A DNA stretch of 64,000 bases, from NCBI RefSeq assembly GCF_058153355.1, contig NZ_CM177019.1; one strand, 5' to 3'. The notes under the pieces were generated by a model. It did not search any database, had not been told where the DNA came from, and saw only the letters and a program-made list of their open reading frames with translations. This document shows positions 46,379 through 57,806 of the stretch, piece by piece; position 1 is the first letter of the stretch, and each line of letters opens with the position of its first letter. The position numbers and the translations under genes were made by a program.

Positions 46379-48793
46379 TCACCCCGCAAACTGCCTGAAC
46401 AGCGCCTTCCCTTTTACCAGTCGCGCGCCCAGCCAGCCGCCGAAAAGTGACAGCAGCAGCGCACCGCTACACGGCAACACAATCCACAATCGCCAGTCTG
46501 GCTCCCACGGGAAATCAAACACTTTCGATTGCAGTACCGCCAGCACCGTTTCCGCACCAATTGCGGCCACCAGGCCGGATACAAACCCGAGCATGGCGAA
46601 CTCACACCACAATGTCGTGCGCAGCAGTTTTTTGCCCGCACCGAGAGTGCGCCACACCACCAGCTCCTGATGACGCTGACGCATTCCCACCTGCACCTGT
46701 GCCAGCAACAGCAACATACCGCAGGCGGTGACCAGCACCACCATCACTTCCAGCGCCCGACTTACCTGCTCCAGCACCTGACCGACCTGTTTTAAAATCG
46801 CGCCAATGTCTAACAGGCTAATGGTCGGGAACTGGCGGTTGAGTTGCGTCAACATGCCGTTGCCATTCTCCCAGCGGAAACTGGTAAGCCAGCTCTGCGG
46901 TTGCCCGTCTAATGCCCCTTCAGGGAAAATAAAATAGAAATTAGGCCGCAGACTTTCCCAGTCCACTTTGCGCAGGCTGGTCACTTTAGCGCGGAACTCC
47001 TGGGTATCGCCCATAAAAGTCACGGTATCACCGAGGGCAACGTTTAAGCGTTTCGCCAGCCCCTCTTCCATCGACACTTCATCGGCTTTTGGCGGCCAGT
47101 TACCGGCGACAATCGGATTATGATCGGGCCGCGTATTTTGCCAGGTAAGATTGAGTTCGCGATTGAGCGCCTCATCTTCATTGCCTTCTGTCGGCTTGCC
47201 GTTAATCGCCGTCAGTCTCGCCCGCACCACCGGATAAAACGATTCCGGGACTATCTGATGTTCCGCGAGGAACGCTTTTAGCGGTGCTACCTGTTCTGTG
47301 GCGATGTTAATTAAAAAGTAGTTCGGGCTTTCTGGTGGTAGCTGCTGCTGCCAGCGGTCGAGCAGATCGCCACGCAGCACCAGTAGCAGTGCCAGCAGCA
47401 TAAAGGAGAGCGAAAATGCCGAAAGCTGGCTTAACGTTGACCACGGCTGACGTAACAGGCGGCTAACCGCCAGGCGCAGAGGCAGCGATTTCAGCGTCAT
47501 GCGGCGAAGTACATTCAGCAGCATCCAGCCCAGCACACCGCACAGCAAAGCCAGTACTACCGCGCCCGCCAGCACCGCCCAGAGCAGCATACTGCCGCCC
47601 ATCAGTCCGGCGAGCAGTAGCACAACCACCACACTGACAATCGGCAGATAAAACTTGAGCGGCCAGACGTTCGCTACCACATCATTTCGTAATACCCGTA
47701 AAGGCTGCGTTGCCAGCAACAGTCGGTATGGTCGCAGCCCTACCAGCAGCGAGATGACGGTCATGGTGCCGAGCGCCCACAGCCACGGCCAGAGGCTGGC
47801 AGGCGGTAGTGCGGCTGGCAGCACGGGTTTGAGAAGTACCATCAACACGTTTTCGAACAACAGACCTATAGCCCCGCCGGTAACGGCTGAAAGTACCAGC
47901 ACCATCAACCACTGACCGACAATTAACTTACGCAATTGCGCTCGCCTTGCTCCCAGCGTTTTGAGGATCGCCACCAAGTCGTAGCGACTGCGACAGTAAT
48001 GATTCATCGCCACCGCGACCGCCGCCACCGCCAGCAGCAAGGTCAGAAGCGCCGAAAGCAGCAGGAACTGTTGCGAGCGTTCCATTGAGCGCCCCAGCGC
48101 GCCTTCGTCCTGTTCCAGACCGTACCAGCGTTGTTCGGGTTTAAGCTGGGGTAACAACCATTTCTCATAGCCGTCGAGCTGGTTCTCGCTGCCGCCGAAT
48201 TTATAGCGCCAGGTGACCCGACTCCCCGGCTGCACGGCTCCGGTTTTATCAACATCCGCCAGATTCATCATCAGGCGTGGGGCTATCTGGAAAGGATTAA
48301 AACCGGAATCCGGTTCCTGAATCACTTCTCCGGCAATCCGCAAGGTGGCATCGCCCACGTCAATGGTGTCGCCCGTTTTCAGGTTAAGCAGCGCCATCAG
48401 GCGTGGGGCCAGCAATACGCTGCCCGCCTGCGGTTTCAGGCCAGGGGGATTAGTTTGCAGATCGCCATACATCGGGTAGATATCATCCACCGCTTTGACG
48501 TTCGCCAGCTGCGGTGTGTCGCCTGCAAATGTCATGGTGGCGAAAGTCAGCTGCTTGCCGACTTTCAGGCCGCGCTTTTGCGCTTCCTCCAGCCACGCTT
48601 GCGGCACTTCGCGCGAACTGCGCAACGCCCGATCGCCCGCCATAAACTCCCGGCTTTGCTGGCTTAAGCCCTTCTCCATGCGATCGCTGATATTGCCCAG
48701 CGCCAGCACACAGGCCACCGCCAGGCTAAGCGCCAGCCAGACAATTAACAGCGACGGCGAGCGCCATTCGCGCCAGAACCAACGTGCAATCAT
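46379..48793 (-). CDS. ybbP: ABC transporter permease (FtsX-like, duplicated)
   Basis: 804-aa polytopic ORF overlapping the ybbA stop. Confidence 0.85.
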   Translation of the reverse strand: MIARWFWREWRSPSLLIVWLALSLAVACVLALGNISDRMEKGLSQQSREFMAGDRALRSSREVPQAWLEEAQKRGLKVGKQLTFATMTFAGDTPQLANVKAVDDIYPMYGDLQTNPPGLKPQAGSVLLAPRLMALLNLKTGDTIDVGDATLRIAGEVIQEPDSGFNPFQIAPRLMMNLADVDKTGAVQPGSRVTWRYKFGGSENQLDGYEKWLLPQLKPEQRWYGLEQDEGALGRSMERSQQFLLLSALLTLLLAVAAVAVAMNHYCRSRYDLVAILKTLGARRAQLRKLIVGQWLMVLVLSAVTGGAIGLLFENVLMVLLKPVLPAALPPASLWPWLWALGTMTVISLLVGLRPYRLLLATQPLRVLRNDVVANVWPLKFYLPIVSVVVVLLLAGLMGGSMLLWAVLAGAVVLALLCGVLGWMLLNVLRRMTLKSLPLRLAVSRLLRQPWSTLSQLSAFSLSFMLLALLLVLRGDLLDRWQQQLPPESPNYFLINIATEQVAPLKAFLAEHQIVPESFYPVVRARLTAINGKPTEGNEDEALNRELNLTWQNTRPDHNPIVAGNWPPKADEVSMEEGLAKRLNVALGDTVTFMGDTQEFRAKVTSLRKVDWESLRPNFYFIFPEGALDGQPQSWLTSFRWENGNGMLTQLNRQFPTISLLDIGAILKQVGQVLEQVSRALEVMVVLVTACGMLLLLAQVQVGMRQRHQELVVWRTLGAGKKLLRTTLWCEFAMLGFVSGLVAAIGAETVLAVLQSKVFDFPWEPDWRLWIVLPCSGALLLSLFGGWLGARLVKGKALFRQFAG

Positions 48794-49476
48794 GCTTCCT
48801 CCTGCAACTGCCCGTTCACCAGCCGTAAGCAGCGGTCACAGCGTGCCGCCAGTTGCAGGTCGTGAGTCACCATAATCAACGTGGTGCCATGCTCACGGTT
48901 GAGGGAAAACAGCAGGTCGGCAATTTTATCGCCTGTCTGGCGGTCAAGGTTACCGGTGGGTTCGTCGGCAAACAGCACATCAGGCCGACCATTAAAAGCT
49001 CGCGCCAGCGCCACACGTTGCTGTTCGCCGCCGGAAAGCTGTGCCGGAAGATGATCAAGACGTTTACCCAGCCCTAACTGTTCGAGCAACGCTTTCGCCC
49101 CATTACGACTTTCCACGCTACTCTCACCGCGCAGCAGCGCCGGAAGCTCGACGTTTTCCAGCGCGTTAAGGGTAGGAATTAACATAAATGACTGAAAAAC
49201 AAAGCCTACGTGCTTCGCGCGCAACTTTGCCCGCGCTTCTTCGTCCATATTATGTAGCGGTTGTCCCACCAGATTTACTTCGCCACTGCTGCCGTCATCC
49301 AGCCCAGCGAGGATCGCCAGCAACGTTGACTTACCCGATCCCGACTCGCCCACCAGCGCGATGGTCTCGCCACGTTTGACAACCAGCTCAACTCCGGTGA
49401 GGATGGAGAGTTCATGCTCCCCCTGACCGACGGACTTCTTAAGATGATGAACTTCAACAATGTTTTCCGCTGGCAT
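48790..49476 (-). CDS. ybbA: ABC transporter ATP-binding protein
   Basis: 228-aa ORF with Walker A (GESGSGKST) and ABC signature (LSGGEQQR). Confidence 0.85.
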   Translation of the reverse strand: MPAENIVEVHHLKKSVGQGEHELSILTGVELVVKRGETIALVGESGSGKSTLLAILAGLDDGSSGEVNLVGQPLHNMDEEARAKLRAKHVGFVFQSFMLIPTLNALENVELPALLRGESSVESRNGAKALLEQLGLGKRLDHLPAQLSGGEQQRVALARAFNGRPDVLFADEPTGNLDRQTGDKIADLLFSLNREHGTTLIMVTHDLQLAARCDRCLRLVNGQLQEEA

Positions 49477-50070
49477 TTGCCCTTCCTGTTCCTGGTCCTG
49501 TTAACCTTCCGTGCCGCCGCAGCAGACACGTTATTGATTCTGGGTGATAGCCTGAGCGCCGGGTATCGAATGTCTGCCAGCGCGGCCTGGCCTGCCTTGT
49601 TGAATGATAAGTGGCAGAGTAAAACGTCGGTAGTTAATGCCAGCATCAGCGGCGACACCTCGCAACAAGGGCTGGCGCGCCTTCCGGCTCTGCTGAAACA
49701 GCATCAGCCGCGCTGGGTGCTGGTAGAACTGGGCGGCAATGACGGTTTGCGTGGTTTTCAGCCACAGCAAACCGAGCAAACGCTGCGCCAGATTTTGCAG
49801 GATGTCAAAGCCGCCAACGCTGAACCATTGTTAATGCAAATACGTCTGCCTGCAAACTATGGTCGCCGTTATAATGAAGCCTTTAGCGCCATTTACCCCA
49901 AACTCGCCAAAGAGTTTGATGTTCCGCTGCTGCCCTTTTTTATGGAAGAGGTCTACCTCAAGCCACAATGGATGCAGGATGACGGTATTCATCCCAACCG
50001 CGACGCCCAGCCGTTTATTGCCGACTGGATGGCGAAGCAGTTGCAGCCTTTAGTAAATCATGACTCATAA
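49444..50070 (+). CDS. tesA: Acyl-CoA thioesterase I / lysophospholipase L1
   Basis: ORF 49414..50070; likely start at MMNFNNVFRWHL; GDSL motif present (ILGDSLSAGY). Confidence 0.85.
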   Translation: MMNFNNVFRWHLPFLFLVLLTFRAAAADTLLILGDSLSAGYRMSASAAWPALLNDKWQSKTSVVNASISGDTSQQGLARLPALLKQHQPRWVLVELGGNDGLRGFQPQQTEQTLRQILQDVKAANAEPLLMQIRLPANYGRRYNEAFSAIYPKLAKEFDVPLLPFFMEEVYLKPQWMQDDGIHPNRDAQPFIADWMAKQLQPLVNHDS

Positions 50071-50869
50071 AGCAACGGAGATCCTGACAGGTAAAGTTAT
50101 GCAAAAATCGGTCTTAATTACCGGATGTTCCAGTGGAATTGGCCTGGAAAGCGCGCTCGAATTAAAACGCCAGGGTTTTCATGTGCTGGCAGGTTGCCGG
50201 AAACCGGATGATGTTGAGCGCATGAACAATATGGGATTCACCGGCGTGTTGATCGATCTGGATTCGCCAGAAAGTGTTGATCGTGCAGCCGACGAAGTGA
50301 TCGCTCTGACCGATAATTGTCTGTATGGGATCTTTAACAATGCCGGATTCGGCATGTATGGTCCCCTTTCCACCATCAGCCGTGCGCAGATGGAACAGCA
50401 GTTTTCCGCCAACTTTTTCGGCGCACACCAGCTCACCATGCGCCTGTTACCCGCGATGTTGCCGCACGGTGAAGGGCGTATTGTGATGACCTCATCGGTG
50501 ATGGGATTAATCTCCACACCGGGTCGTGGCGCTTACGCGGCCAGTAAATATGCGCTGGAGGCGTGGTCAGACGCACTGCGCATGGAGCTGCGCCACAGCG
50601 GAATTAAAGTCAGCCTGATTGAACCCGGTCCCATTCGTACTCGCTTCACCGACAACGTCAACCAGACGCAAAGTGATAAACCAGTCGAAAATCCCGGCAT
50701 CGCCGCTCGCTTTACGTTGGGGCCGGAAGCGGTGGTGGACAAAGTACGCCATGCTTTTATTAGCGAGAAGCCGAAGATGCGCTATCCGGTGACGCTGGTG
50801 ACCTGGGCGGTAATGGTGCTCAAACGCCTGCTGCCGGGGCGCGTGATGGACAAAATATTGCAGGGGTGA
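50060..50869 (+). CDS. ybbO: Short-chain dehydrogenase/reductase
   Basis: 269-aa ORF with SDR cofactor motif (ITGCSSGIG) and YxxxK (YAASK). Confidence 0.8.
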   Translation: MTHKATEILTGKVMQKSVLITGCSSGIGLESALELKRQGFHVLAGCRKPDDVERMNNMGFTGVLIDLDSPESVDRAADEVIALTDNCLYGIFNNAGFGMYGPLSTISRAQMEQQFSANFFGAHQLTMRLLPAMLPHGEGRIVMTSSVMGLISTPGRGAYAASKYALEAWSDALRMELRHSGIKVSLIEPGPIRTRFTDNVNQTQSDKPVENPGIAARFTLGPEAVVDKVRHAFISEKPKMRYPVTLVTWAVMVLKRLLPGRVMDKILQG

Positions 50870-50887
50870 GTTGAAGCGCGCGCTTAA

Positions 50888-51784
<897 letters not shown>

Positions 51785-51812
51785 TTTTCCGTTGAAATGC
51801 GATGTGCTGGTT

Positions 51813-51897
51813 TGTAGGCCTGATAAGACGCGCCAGCGTCGCATCAGGCATCCGCGCATAGCCGCCGGATGCGGCGTGAACGCCTTATCCGGCCTAC
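51813..51897. repeat. BIME (pair of inverted REP units)
   Basis: gtaggcctgataagacgcgccagcgtcgcatcaggc … gccggatgcggcgtgaacgccttatccggcctac. Confidence 0.8.
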
Positions 51898-51918
51898 CAA
51901 ACCGTGCTAATTCAATAT

Positions 51919-52698
51919 TTATTTCTTCGTCAATTGCGTCACCACCAACTGGTGGCGCGAATTATAAAACTTACGATAGGTTAAATAGCAGGCAATAATG
52001 GTCGACAAGCTGGCGGTTGAGAGCAGCATAAAGGTCACCATAATCTGATACTTAATCGCCTTCACCGGATCAATCCCGGCAAATATCAGCCCGGACATCA
52101 TTCCCGGTAAACTCACTAAGCCAACCGTTTTTGCTGAATCCACCGTCGGAATTAAAGCCGCGCGAATACTGTCGCGAATCAATATCGCTGAAGCCTGTTT
52201 CGGCGTCGCGCCAAGACTCAGTTTCTCCTGAATCTGTTGTTGTTCGCTAATGACCCGTTGCCCTAAATTATTGTAACATAGCCCTACCGCCACCATCGCG
52301 TTACCGGCAATCATCCCTGCAATAGGAATCACCTGCATCGGGATAAACTCAATCGACCCTGAGAGAATCAGCACCGCCAGGGTAATTCCTGCCCCGACCG
52401 TAATGGCAATAAACGATGAGATAAAAGCTTTAGCAATATATTTACTGCGTTTTTGCGCGTTCCACGCCGCATTAAAGCAGATAAATAACACCATCAATAA
52501 TGTCAGGCTGGCATCATCCACGCTGAAAATATACTTCAGCACATAGCCGACAATAATCAGCTGAATTATCGCGCGCCCGACGCTCCAGAGAATATCTTTC
52601 TCCAGCGCCAGTTTTTCTTTATGGCTAATTAAGATTGCCACCACCACCAGCATTAATGCCAGTGCCAATGATTCGTTAGTAATATTATGCGAGTTCAT
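51919..52698 (-). CDS. fetB: Iron export ABC transporter permease
   Basis: ORF 51919..52725; likely start at MNSHNITNESLALA (~259 aa), overlapping fetA stop. Confidence 0.8.
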   Translation of the reverse strand: MNSHNITNESLALALMLVVVAILISHKEKLALEKDILWSVGRAIIQLIIVGYVLKYIFSVDDASLTLLMVLFICFNAAWNAQKRSKYIAKAFISSFIAITVGAGITLAVLILSGSIEFIPMQVIPIAGMIAGNAMVAVGLCYNNLGQRVISEQQQIQEKLSLGATPKQASAILIRDSIRAALIPTVDSAKTVGLVSLPGMMSGLIFAGIDPVKAIKYQIMVTFMLLSTASLSTIIACYLTYRKFYNSRHQLVVTQLTKK

Positions 52699-53362
52699 AG
52701 CGTGCTTCCTGCATTTCTCCGGCATGCGGTTGCAGTGTAATCACTTTATCCGCATGATTAATTTCGTCTTTATCGTGTGTCACCCACAGCACGGCAATAT
52801 TTTGCTCGCGCACATAACGGTGGATCATCTCATTAACGTTATGTTTATTACTTTCATCCAGTGCACTGGTGATTTCATCCAGCAATAATACCTTTGGCAT
52901 AAATTGCAGGTTACGAATCAATGAGATGCGTTGTTTTTCACCACCAGATAGCTCGGCGATATTCTTTGTCAATATGCTGTCCGGCAAAGCGAAGCGTTCG
53001 AGAAAATCGAGAAAAATGGCTGGGTCAGGCTGCTGGTTACGGATCTGCCAGGGAAAGATCAGATTATCGTATACCGTATCGCCAAACAGCGTCGGCGTCT
53101 GGGCGCAGTAAGATACTTGCTGGCGGTAGATTTCTGGCTTGAGTGTACTGACATCCTCACCTTCAAACAGCAACGTTCCGCTGGTTGGGCTGATTAATGA
53201 AGCAACAATTTTCAGCAGCGTACTTTTGCCACAACCGGAAGGGCCGGTAATTAACTTAAATTCGCCAGCACGTAGCGAAAAATTGATGTTATTAAGAATC
53301 TTCGTATCACCCGCCAGATATCCTACGTTTTGTAGCTAAAGCAAAGGACTATTTTCCTGCAT
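52685..53362 (-). pseudogene. fetA: Iron export ABC ATPase with in-frame amber codon at codon 9
   Basis: Minus strand reads ATG CAG GAA AAT AGT CCT TTG CTT TAG … from 53362; the 225-codon frame is otherwise open; ORF track only shows the 162-aa remainder from an internal Met. Confidence 0.7.
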
Positions 53363-53507
53363 CGCTGTTCCCTTTTTCTGATTTTTACTAAAAACAGTTT
53401 ATCCTTCGCAGGAATAAGGGGGAACTCTCTTTCAGTAATCAGGTATAATTTGTTTAATCAAGCAGCAATTTTGCTGATTATGGACGGTACAACAGGAGGT
53501 TTTTCCG

Positions 53508-54425
53508 ATGCTTATCTTTATCCCGATTCTCATTTTTGTCGCGCTGGTCATTGTCGGCGCGGGTGTTAAAATCGTGCCGCAGGGCTATCAATGGACGGTA
53601 GAACGCTTTGGTCGCTATACCAAAACGTTACAGCCGGGGCTCAGTCTGGTCGTGCCGTTTATGGATCGCATTGGTCGTAAGATCAATATGATGGAGCAAG
53701 TGCTCGATATCCCTTCTCAGGAAGTTATCTCGAAAGATAACGCCAACGTTACCATCGACGCGGTCTGTTTTATTCAGGTAATTGATGCCCCGCGCGCGGC
53801 TTATGAAGTCAGCAATCTGGAGCTGGCGATCATCAATCTGACCATGACTAACATCCGTACCGTACTGGGTTCAATGGAACTTGACGAAATGCTCTCTCAG
53901 CGCGACAGCATCAACTCACGCCTGCTGCGTATTGTCGATGAGGCCACCAACCCGTGGGGGATTAAAGTCACCCGTATTGAAATTCGCGACGTGCGCCCAC
54001 CGGCAGAGCTTATCTCTTCGATGAACGCGCAGATGAAAGCGGAACGTACCAAACGCGCTTACATCCTTGAAGCGGAAGGGATCCGTCAGGCGGAAATCCT
54101 CAAAGCCGAAGGTGAAAAACAGTCGCAAATCCTGAAAGCGGAAGGTGAACGTCAGTCGGCATTCTTACAGGCCGAAGCGCGTGAACGTTCTGCCGAAGCG
54201 GAAGCCCGCGCCACCAAAATGGTGTCTGAAGCCATCGCCTCCGGTGATATTCAGGCGGTGAACTACTTCGTAGCGCAGAAATACACCGAAGCGTTACAAC
54301 AGATCGGTTCGTCCAGTAACAGCAAAGTAGTGATGATGCCATTAGAGGCCAGCAGCCTGATGGGGTCGATTGCCGGGATTGCTGAACTGGTGAAAGACAG
54401 CGCCAACAAGCGGACTCAGCCATGA
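53508..54425 (+). CDS. qmcA: SPFH/stomatin-like membrane protein
   Basis: 305-aa ORF with N-terminal TM helix and band-7 domain. Confidence 0.85.
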   Translation: MLIFIPILIFVALVIVGAGVKIVPQGYQWTVERFGRYTKTLQPGLSLVVPFMDRIGRKINMMEQVLDIPSQEVISKDNANVTIDAVCFIQVIDAPRAAYEVSNLELAIINLTMTNIRTVLGSMELDEMLSQRDSINSRLLRIVDEATNPWGIKVTRIEIRDVRPPAELISSMNAQMKAERTKRAYILEAEGIRQAEILKAEGEKQSQILKAEGERQSAFLQAEARERSAEAEARATKMVSEAIASGDIQAVNYFVAQKYTEALQQIGSSSNSKVVMMPLEASSLMGSIAGIAELVKDSANKRTQP

Positions 54426-54880
54426 TGGAGTTAATGGTCGTTCATCCACATATTTTCTGGCTCAGTCTCGGCGGGTTGTTGCTGGCAGCCGAGATGTTGG
54501 GCGGAAATGGTTATCTGTTGTGGAGCGGCGTGGCAGCGGTGATTACCGGCCTGGTGGTCTGGCTGGTGCCGCTGGGTTGGGAGTGGCAAGGGGTGATGTT
54601 TGCCGTCCTGACGCTGCTCGCCGCCTGGCTGTGGTGGAAATGGTTGTCGCGGCGGGTGCGCGAACAAAAGCACAGCGACAGTCATTTAAACCAGCGCGGG
54701 CAGCAGCTGATTGGTCGACGTTTTGTGCTGGAATCACCGCTGGTCAATGGGCGAGGTCATATGCGCGTCGGTGACAGTTCATGGCCTGTCAGCGCCAGCG
54801 AGGATCTCGGCGCTGGTACGCATGTTGAGGTGATTGCGATAGAAGGGATAACGCTGATTATCCGTGCGGTCATCGCCTGA
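54422..54880 (+). CDS. ybbJ: NfeD-like membrane protein
   Basis: 152-aa ORF overlapping qmcA stop (ATGA); two TM helices plus C-terminal OB-like region. Confidence 0.8.
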   Translation: MMELMVVHPHIFWLSLGGLLLAAEMLGGNGYLLWSGVAAVITGLVVWLVPLGWEWQGVMFAVLTLLAAWLWWKWLSRRVREQKHSDSHLNQRGQQLIGRRFVLESPLVNGRGHMRVGDSSWPVSASEDLGAGTHVEVIAIEGITLIIRAVIA

Positions 54881-54919
54881 CGCGTCTTATCACACCCGGA
54901 AATCTGTACTAAAAATCAT

Positions 54920-54949
54920 GCCGGATAAGGCGTTTACGCCGCATCCGGC
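54920..54949. repeat. REP element
   Basis: gccggataaggcgtttacgccgcatccggc palindromic unit after ybbJ. Confidence 0.7.
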
Positions 54950-54972
54950 ATAATAGCCGAGTAGAGGCAAAA

Positions 54973-55335
54973 TTACTCTTCCCGGCCTTTACCCATACTT
55001 TTTTGGTCTTCATCCGGATAGTGTTTTTTTAGATATTCCAGGACGTTTTTATTGACCTTGTGTTGCGTATACACCCACCCTTTCCAGTAATCAGGCTGGT
55101 CCAGATAAACTTCTGGCGGAATGGTGAAATCAGAAAGCGTTAACCATTCGGCTAACAGATCGGGGTTTCGTTTCTGGATCAACTGCAACAGCATAATCAG
55201 CGACATGGCAGAGGCAGGAGCCGTACTATCGCCGCTTAAATACTTCCACACTGTCGACCGGTTCGAACGAAAAAGGATCGGTAGCAATGCCCGGTCCAGA
55301 TTCATTTCATTAAAAATCTTCTCAAATTCATTCAT
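54973..55335 (-). CDS. Hypothetical protein, possible HTH regulator
   Basis: 120-aa ORF divergent from the autotransporter gene; segment NRSTVWKYLSGD resembles a helix-turn-helix turn. Confidence 0.3.
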   Translation of the reverse strand: MNEFEKIFNEMNLDRALLPILFRSNRSTVWKYLSGDSTAPASAMSLIMLLQLIQKRNPDLLAEWLTLSDFTIPPEVYLDQPDYWKGWVYTQHKVNKNVLEYLKKHYPDEDQKSMGKGREE

Positions 55336-55519
55336 TTAAATGTTCCTGCCTGGCGTAAACCTCTTAAAAATTGAGATTTATCAAAGAAACGCATTTTAGC
55401 ACACATCAGGAACCGCTTCACGTTTAGTCCAGAAACAGAATTTATTTCGCTTTTCAAAACAAGTCTTTACTCTTTTTTACATTGAAAGAGCACGAAATGT
55501 TTTCCTTTTTAATTTATAA

Positions 55520-55540
55520 AAGAAACATTTTTTGTTTCTT
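55520..55540. promoter_or_regulatory. Perfect inverted repeat AAGAAACA-N5-TGTTTCTT
   Basis: Read directly; AT-rich intergenic region ~165 bp upstream of the autotransporter start. Confidence 0.4.
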
Positions 55541-55652
55541 ATTGGTGGTGTTTACGCTTACACCAGACAAAAATGCGCTTTACATCACACAAATGGCGGC
55601 GTAGATTTCGATCATATTGCAACGTATTTTATTTCTTAATAACAATATTATT

Positions 55653-55669
55653 TGTTTCTTATAGAAACA
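55653..55669. promoter_or_regulatory. Perfect inverted repeat TGTTTCT-N3-AGAAACA
   Basis: Same half-sites in opposite arrangement, ~35 bp upstream of the autotransporter start codon. Confidence 0.4.
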
Positions 55670-55702
55670 TTAATGCGACTTATTTTGAACAAGAGAAAAT
55701 GA

Positions 55703-56719
55703 ATGAAAACTGTAAACGTAGCTTTACTGGCACTCATAATTTCAGCAACATCCAGCCCTATTGTTTTAGCTGGTGATACCATTGAAGCGGCGGCAACAGA
55801 GCTTTCAGCCATTAACTCTGGCATGTCGCAATCGGAGATTGAGCAGAAGATTACCCGCTTTTTAGAACGCACCGACAACAGCCCCGCTGCATATACCTAT
55901 TTGACTGAACATCACTACATCCCTTCTGAAACACCTGATACCACTCAGACTCCCCCTGTCCAGACAGATCCTGACGCAGGACAAAAAACCGTTGCCGCTA
56001 CAGGTGATGTACAGACAACCGCCCGTTATCAGAGCATGCTCAACGCCCGACAGTCTGCGGTAACTGATGCCCAGCAAACGCAAATTACAGAGCAACAGGC
56101 GCAGATCGTAGCCACACAAAAAACGCTCGCCGCGACTGGAGATACGCAAAATACCGCGCATTATCAGGAGATGATTAATGCCAGGCTGGCGGCTCAAAAT
56201 GAGGCTAATCAGCGCACTACCACTGAACAAGGGCAGAAAATGAATGCGCTGACAACCGATGTGGCAGCACAACAGCAATATGAAAGGACTCAATACGATA
56301 AACAAATGCAAAGTCTGGCGCAGAAGTCTGTCCAGGCACATGAGCAAATTGAAAGTCTGAGACAAGATTCCGCACAAACGCAGCAACAGTTAACCAACAC
56401 CCAAAACCGGGTCGCTGATAACAGCCAGCAAATTAACACGCTCAATAACCATTTCGATTCGCTGAAAAACGAAGTTGAGGACAATCGTAAAGAAGCCAAT
56501 GCGGGAACTGCATCTGCCATCGCTATCGCCTCACAACCACAGGTGAAAACCGGTGACTTGATGATGGTGTCAGCGGGAGCGGGAACGTTCAACGGTGAAT
56601 CTGCGGTGTCTGTAGGAACATCTTTTAATGCCGGAACGCATACGGTACTTAAAGCAGGTATTTCTGCGGATACACAATCTGATTTCGGTGCGGGTGTCGG
56701 CGTGGGATATTCGTTCTAA
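55703..56719 (+). CDS. Small YadA-like trimeric autotransporter
   Basis: 338-aa ORF: signal peptide, Gln-rich region with internal repeats (TVAATGDVQTTARYQSMLNAR / TLAATGDTQNTAHYQEMINAR), C-terminal anchor-like GTASAIAIASQPQ…GAGVGVGYSF. Confidence 0.6.
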   Translation: MKTVNVALLALIISATSSPIVLAGDTIEAAATELSAINSGMSQSEIEQKITRFLERTDNSPAAYTYLTEHHYIPSETPDTTQTPPVQTDPDAGQKTVAATGDVQTTARYQSMLNARQSAVTDAQQTQITEQQAQIVATQKTLAATGDTQNTAHYQEMINARLAAQNEANQRTTTEQGQKMNALTTDVAAQQQYERTQYDKQMQSLAQKSVQAHEQIESLRQDSAQTQQQLTNTQNRVADNSQQINTLNNHFDSLKNEVEDNRKEANAGTASAIAIASQPQVKTGDLMMVSAGAGTFNGESAVSVGTSFNAGTHTVLKAGISADTQSDFGAGVGVGYSF

Positions 56720-56772
56720 TTTTAACAGCAATTTCTTATTCGCAATTTTCCGCACATTATTTAAGGTTAACA

Positions 56773-57195
56773 ATGATGAATAGCTCCATTAAATCGTTTT
56801 CCCTGCTGGCGGTTATATTACTGGCTGGCTGTAGTTCACCCACTTCCCGCATCGCAGATTGCCAGGCGCAGGGCGTCAGTCATGATACCTGTTATCTCGC
56901 AGAACAGCAGCGTCAGACGGCTATTTTAAGTGCATCCGAGGCGCAGGCATTTAAAAATGCAGAAGCCGCACAACATGCCCAGGCGGCAAAGAAAGCCATT
57001 TATAAAGGATTTGGCGTCACCTTCAGAATGAGCAGTAAGAACTTTGCTTATCTCAATGATTCATTATGTGCCATAGATGAGGATAATGCCGATGCCACGG
57101 TTTATCAGTCGGGTCTGTATAACGTCATTGTTTATCATCACACAGGAAAAATCGCCTTAATGAAAGAAGGCCAGTTTGTGGGTTATTTAAAATGA
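56773..57195 (+). CDS. Lipoprotein
   Basis: 140-aa ORF with lipobox (LLAGC) after signal peptide. Confidence 0.5.
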   Translation: MMNSSIKSFSLLAVILLAGCSSPTSRIADCQAQGVSHDTCYLAEQQRQTAILSASEAQAFKNAEAAQHAQAAKKAIYKGFGVTFRMSSKNFAYLNDSLCAIDEDNADATVYQSGLYNVIVYHHTGKIALMKEGQFVGYLK

Positions 57196-57395
57196 AGGAG
57201 CAAAGGAAAATCCCCCTGACGCATATTATGATTATCGGTGCGTTTATTTTTGCCTTCTTGCAAGTAGTATTATTAGCCTCCCTGGTTCACGCTGTGAATG
57301 TTAACAACGAAATCCAGGAAGGCTTATTTCAGTCGGGGCGCATTATGGTAGAAAGTTTGCAGCATATTCTTTCGGTGCAAACGGGGATTAACTGA
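57192..57395 (+). CDS. Small membrane protein
   Basis: 67-aa ORF with one TM helix; start overlaps lipoprotein stop (ATGA). Confidence 0.35.
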   Translation: MKEQRKIPLTHIMIIGAFIFAFLQVVLLASLVHAVNVNNEIQEGLFQSGRIMVESLQHILSVQTGIN

Positions 57396-57398
57396 TTT

Positions 57399-57806
57399 TC
57401 ACCCCGCCCGATGATGACAGCAGCCGGAGAGATTTTCGATAATTGGGCAGTCGGCGCTGTCATCACCGGGGCAGGCATTCGCCAGCGCCAGTAGCTGGTC
57501 GCGCATGGATTGCAGCTCCTCAATATGTCGCTCGATCTCCGCCACCTTTTCCAGCGTGCGCCGTTTAACGTCGGCGCTGTGCCGCTGCGGGTCGTTAAAC
57601 AGATTCACCAGCTCGCCGCTCTCTTCCAGGTTAAAACCCACCTGGCGTGCCTGCCGCAGTAAGGTCAGTTCGTTGAGATGCTGCTGCGTGTAAGTACGAT
57701 AACCGTTTTCGCTGCGCATCGGCGGCGTCACCAGCCCCTTCTCTTCATAGAAGCGGATTGCTTTGCTGGTCAGGCCGGTAATTTTTGCTACATCGCTAAT
57801 GTTCAT
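57399..57806 (-). CDS. cueR: MerR-family copper-responsive regulator
   Basis: 135-aa [29 protein letters not shown]… with C-terminal metal-binding Cys pair. Confidence 0.9.
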
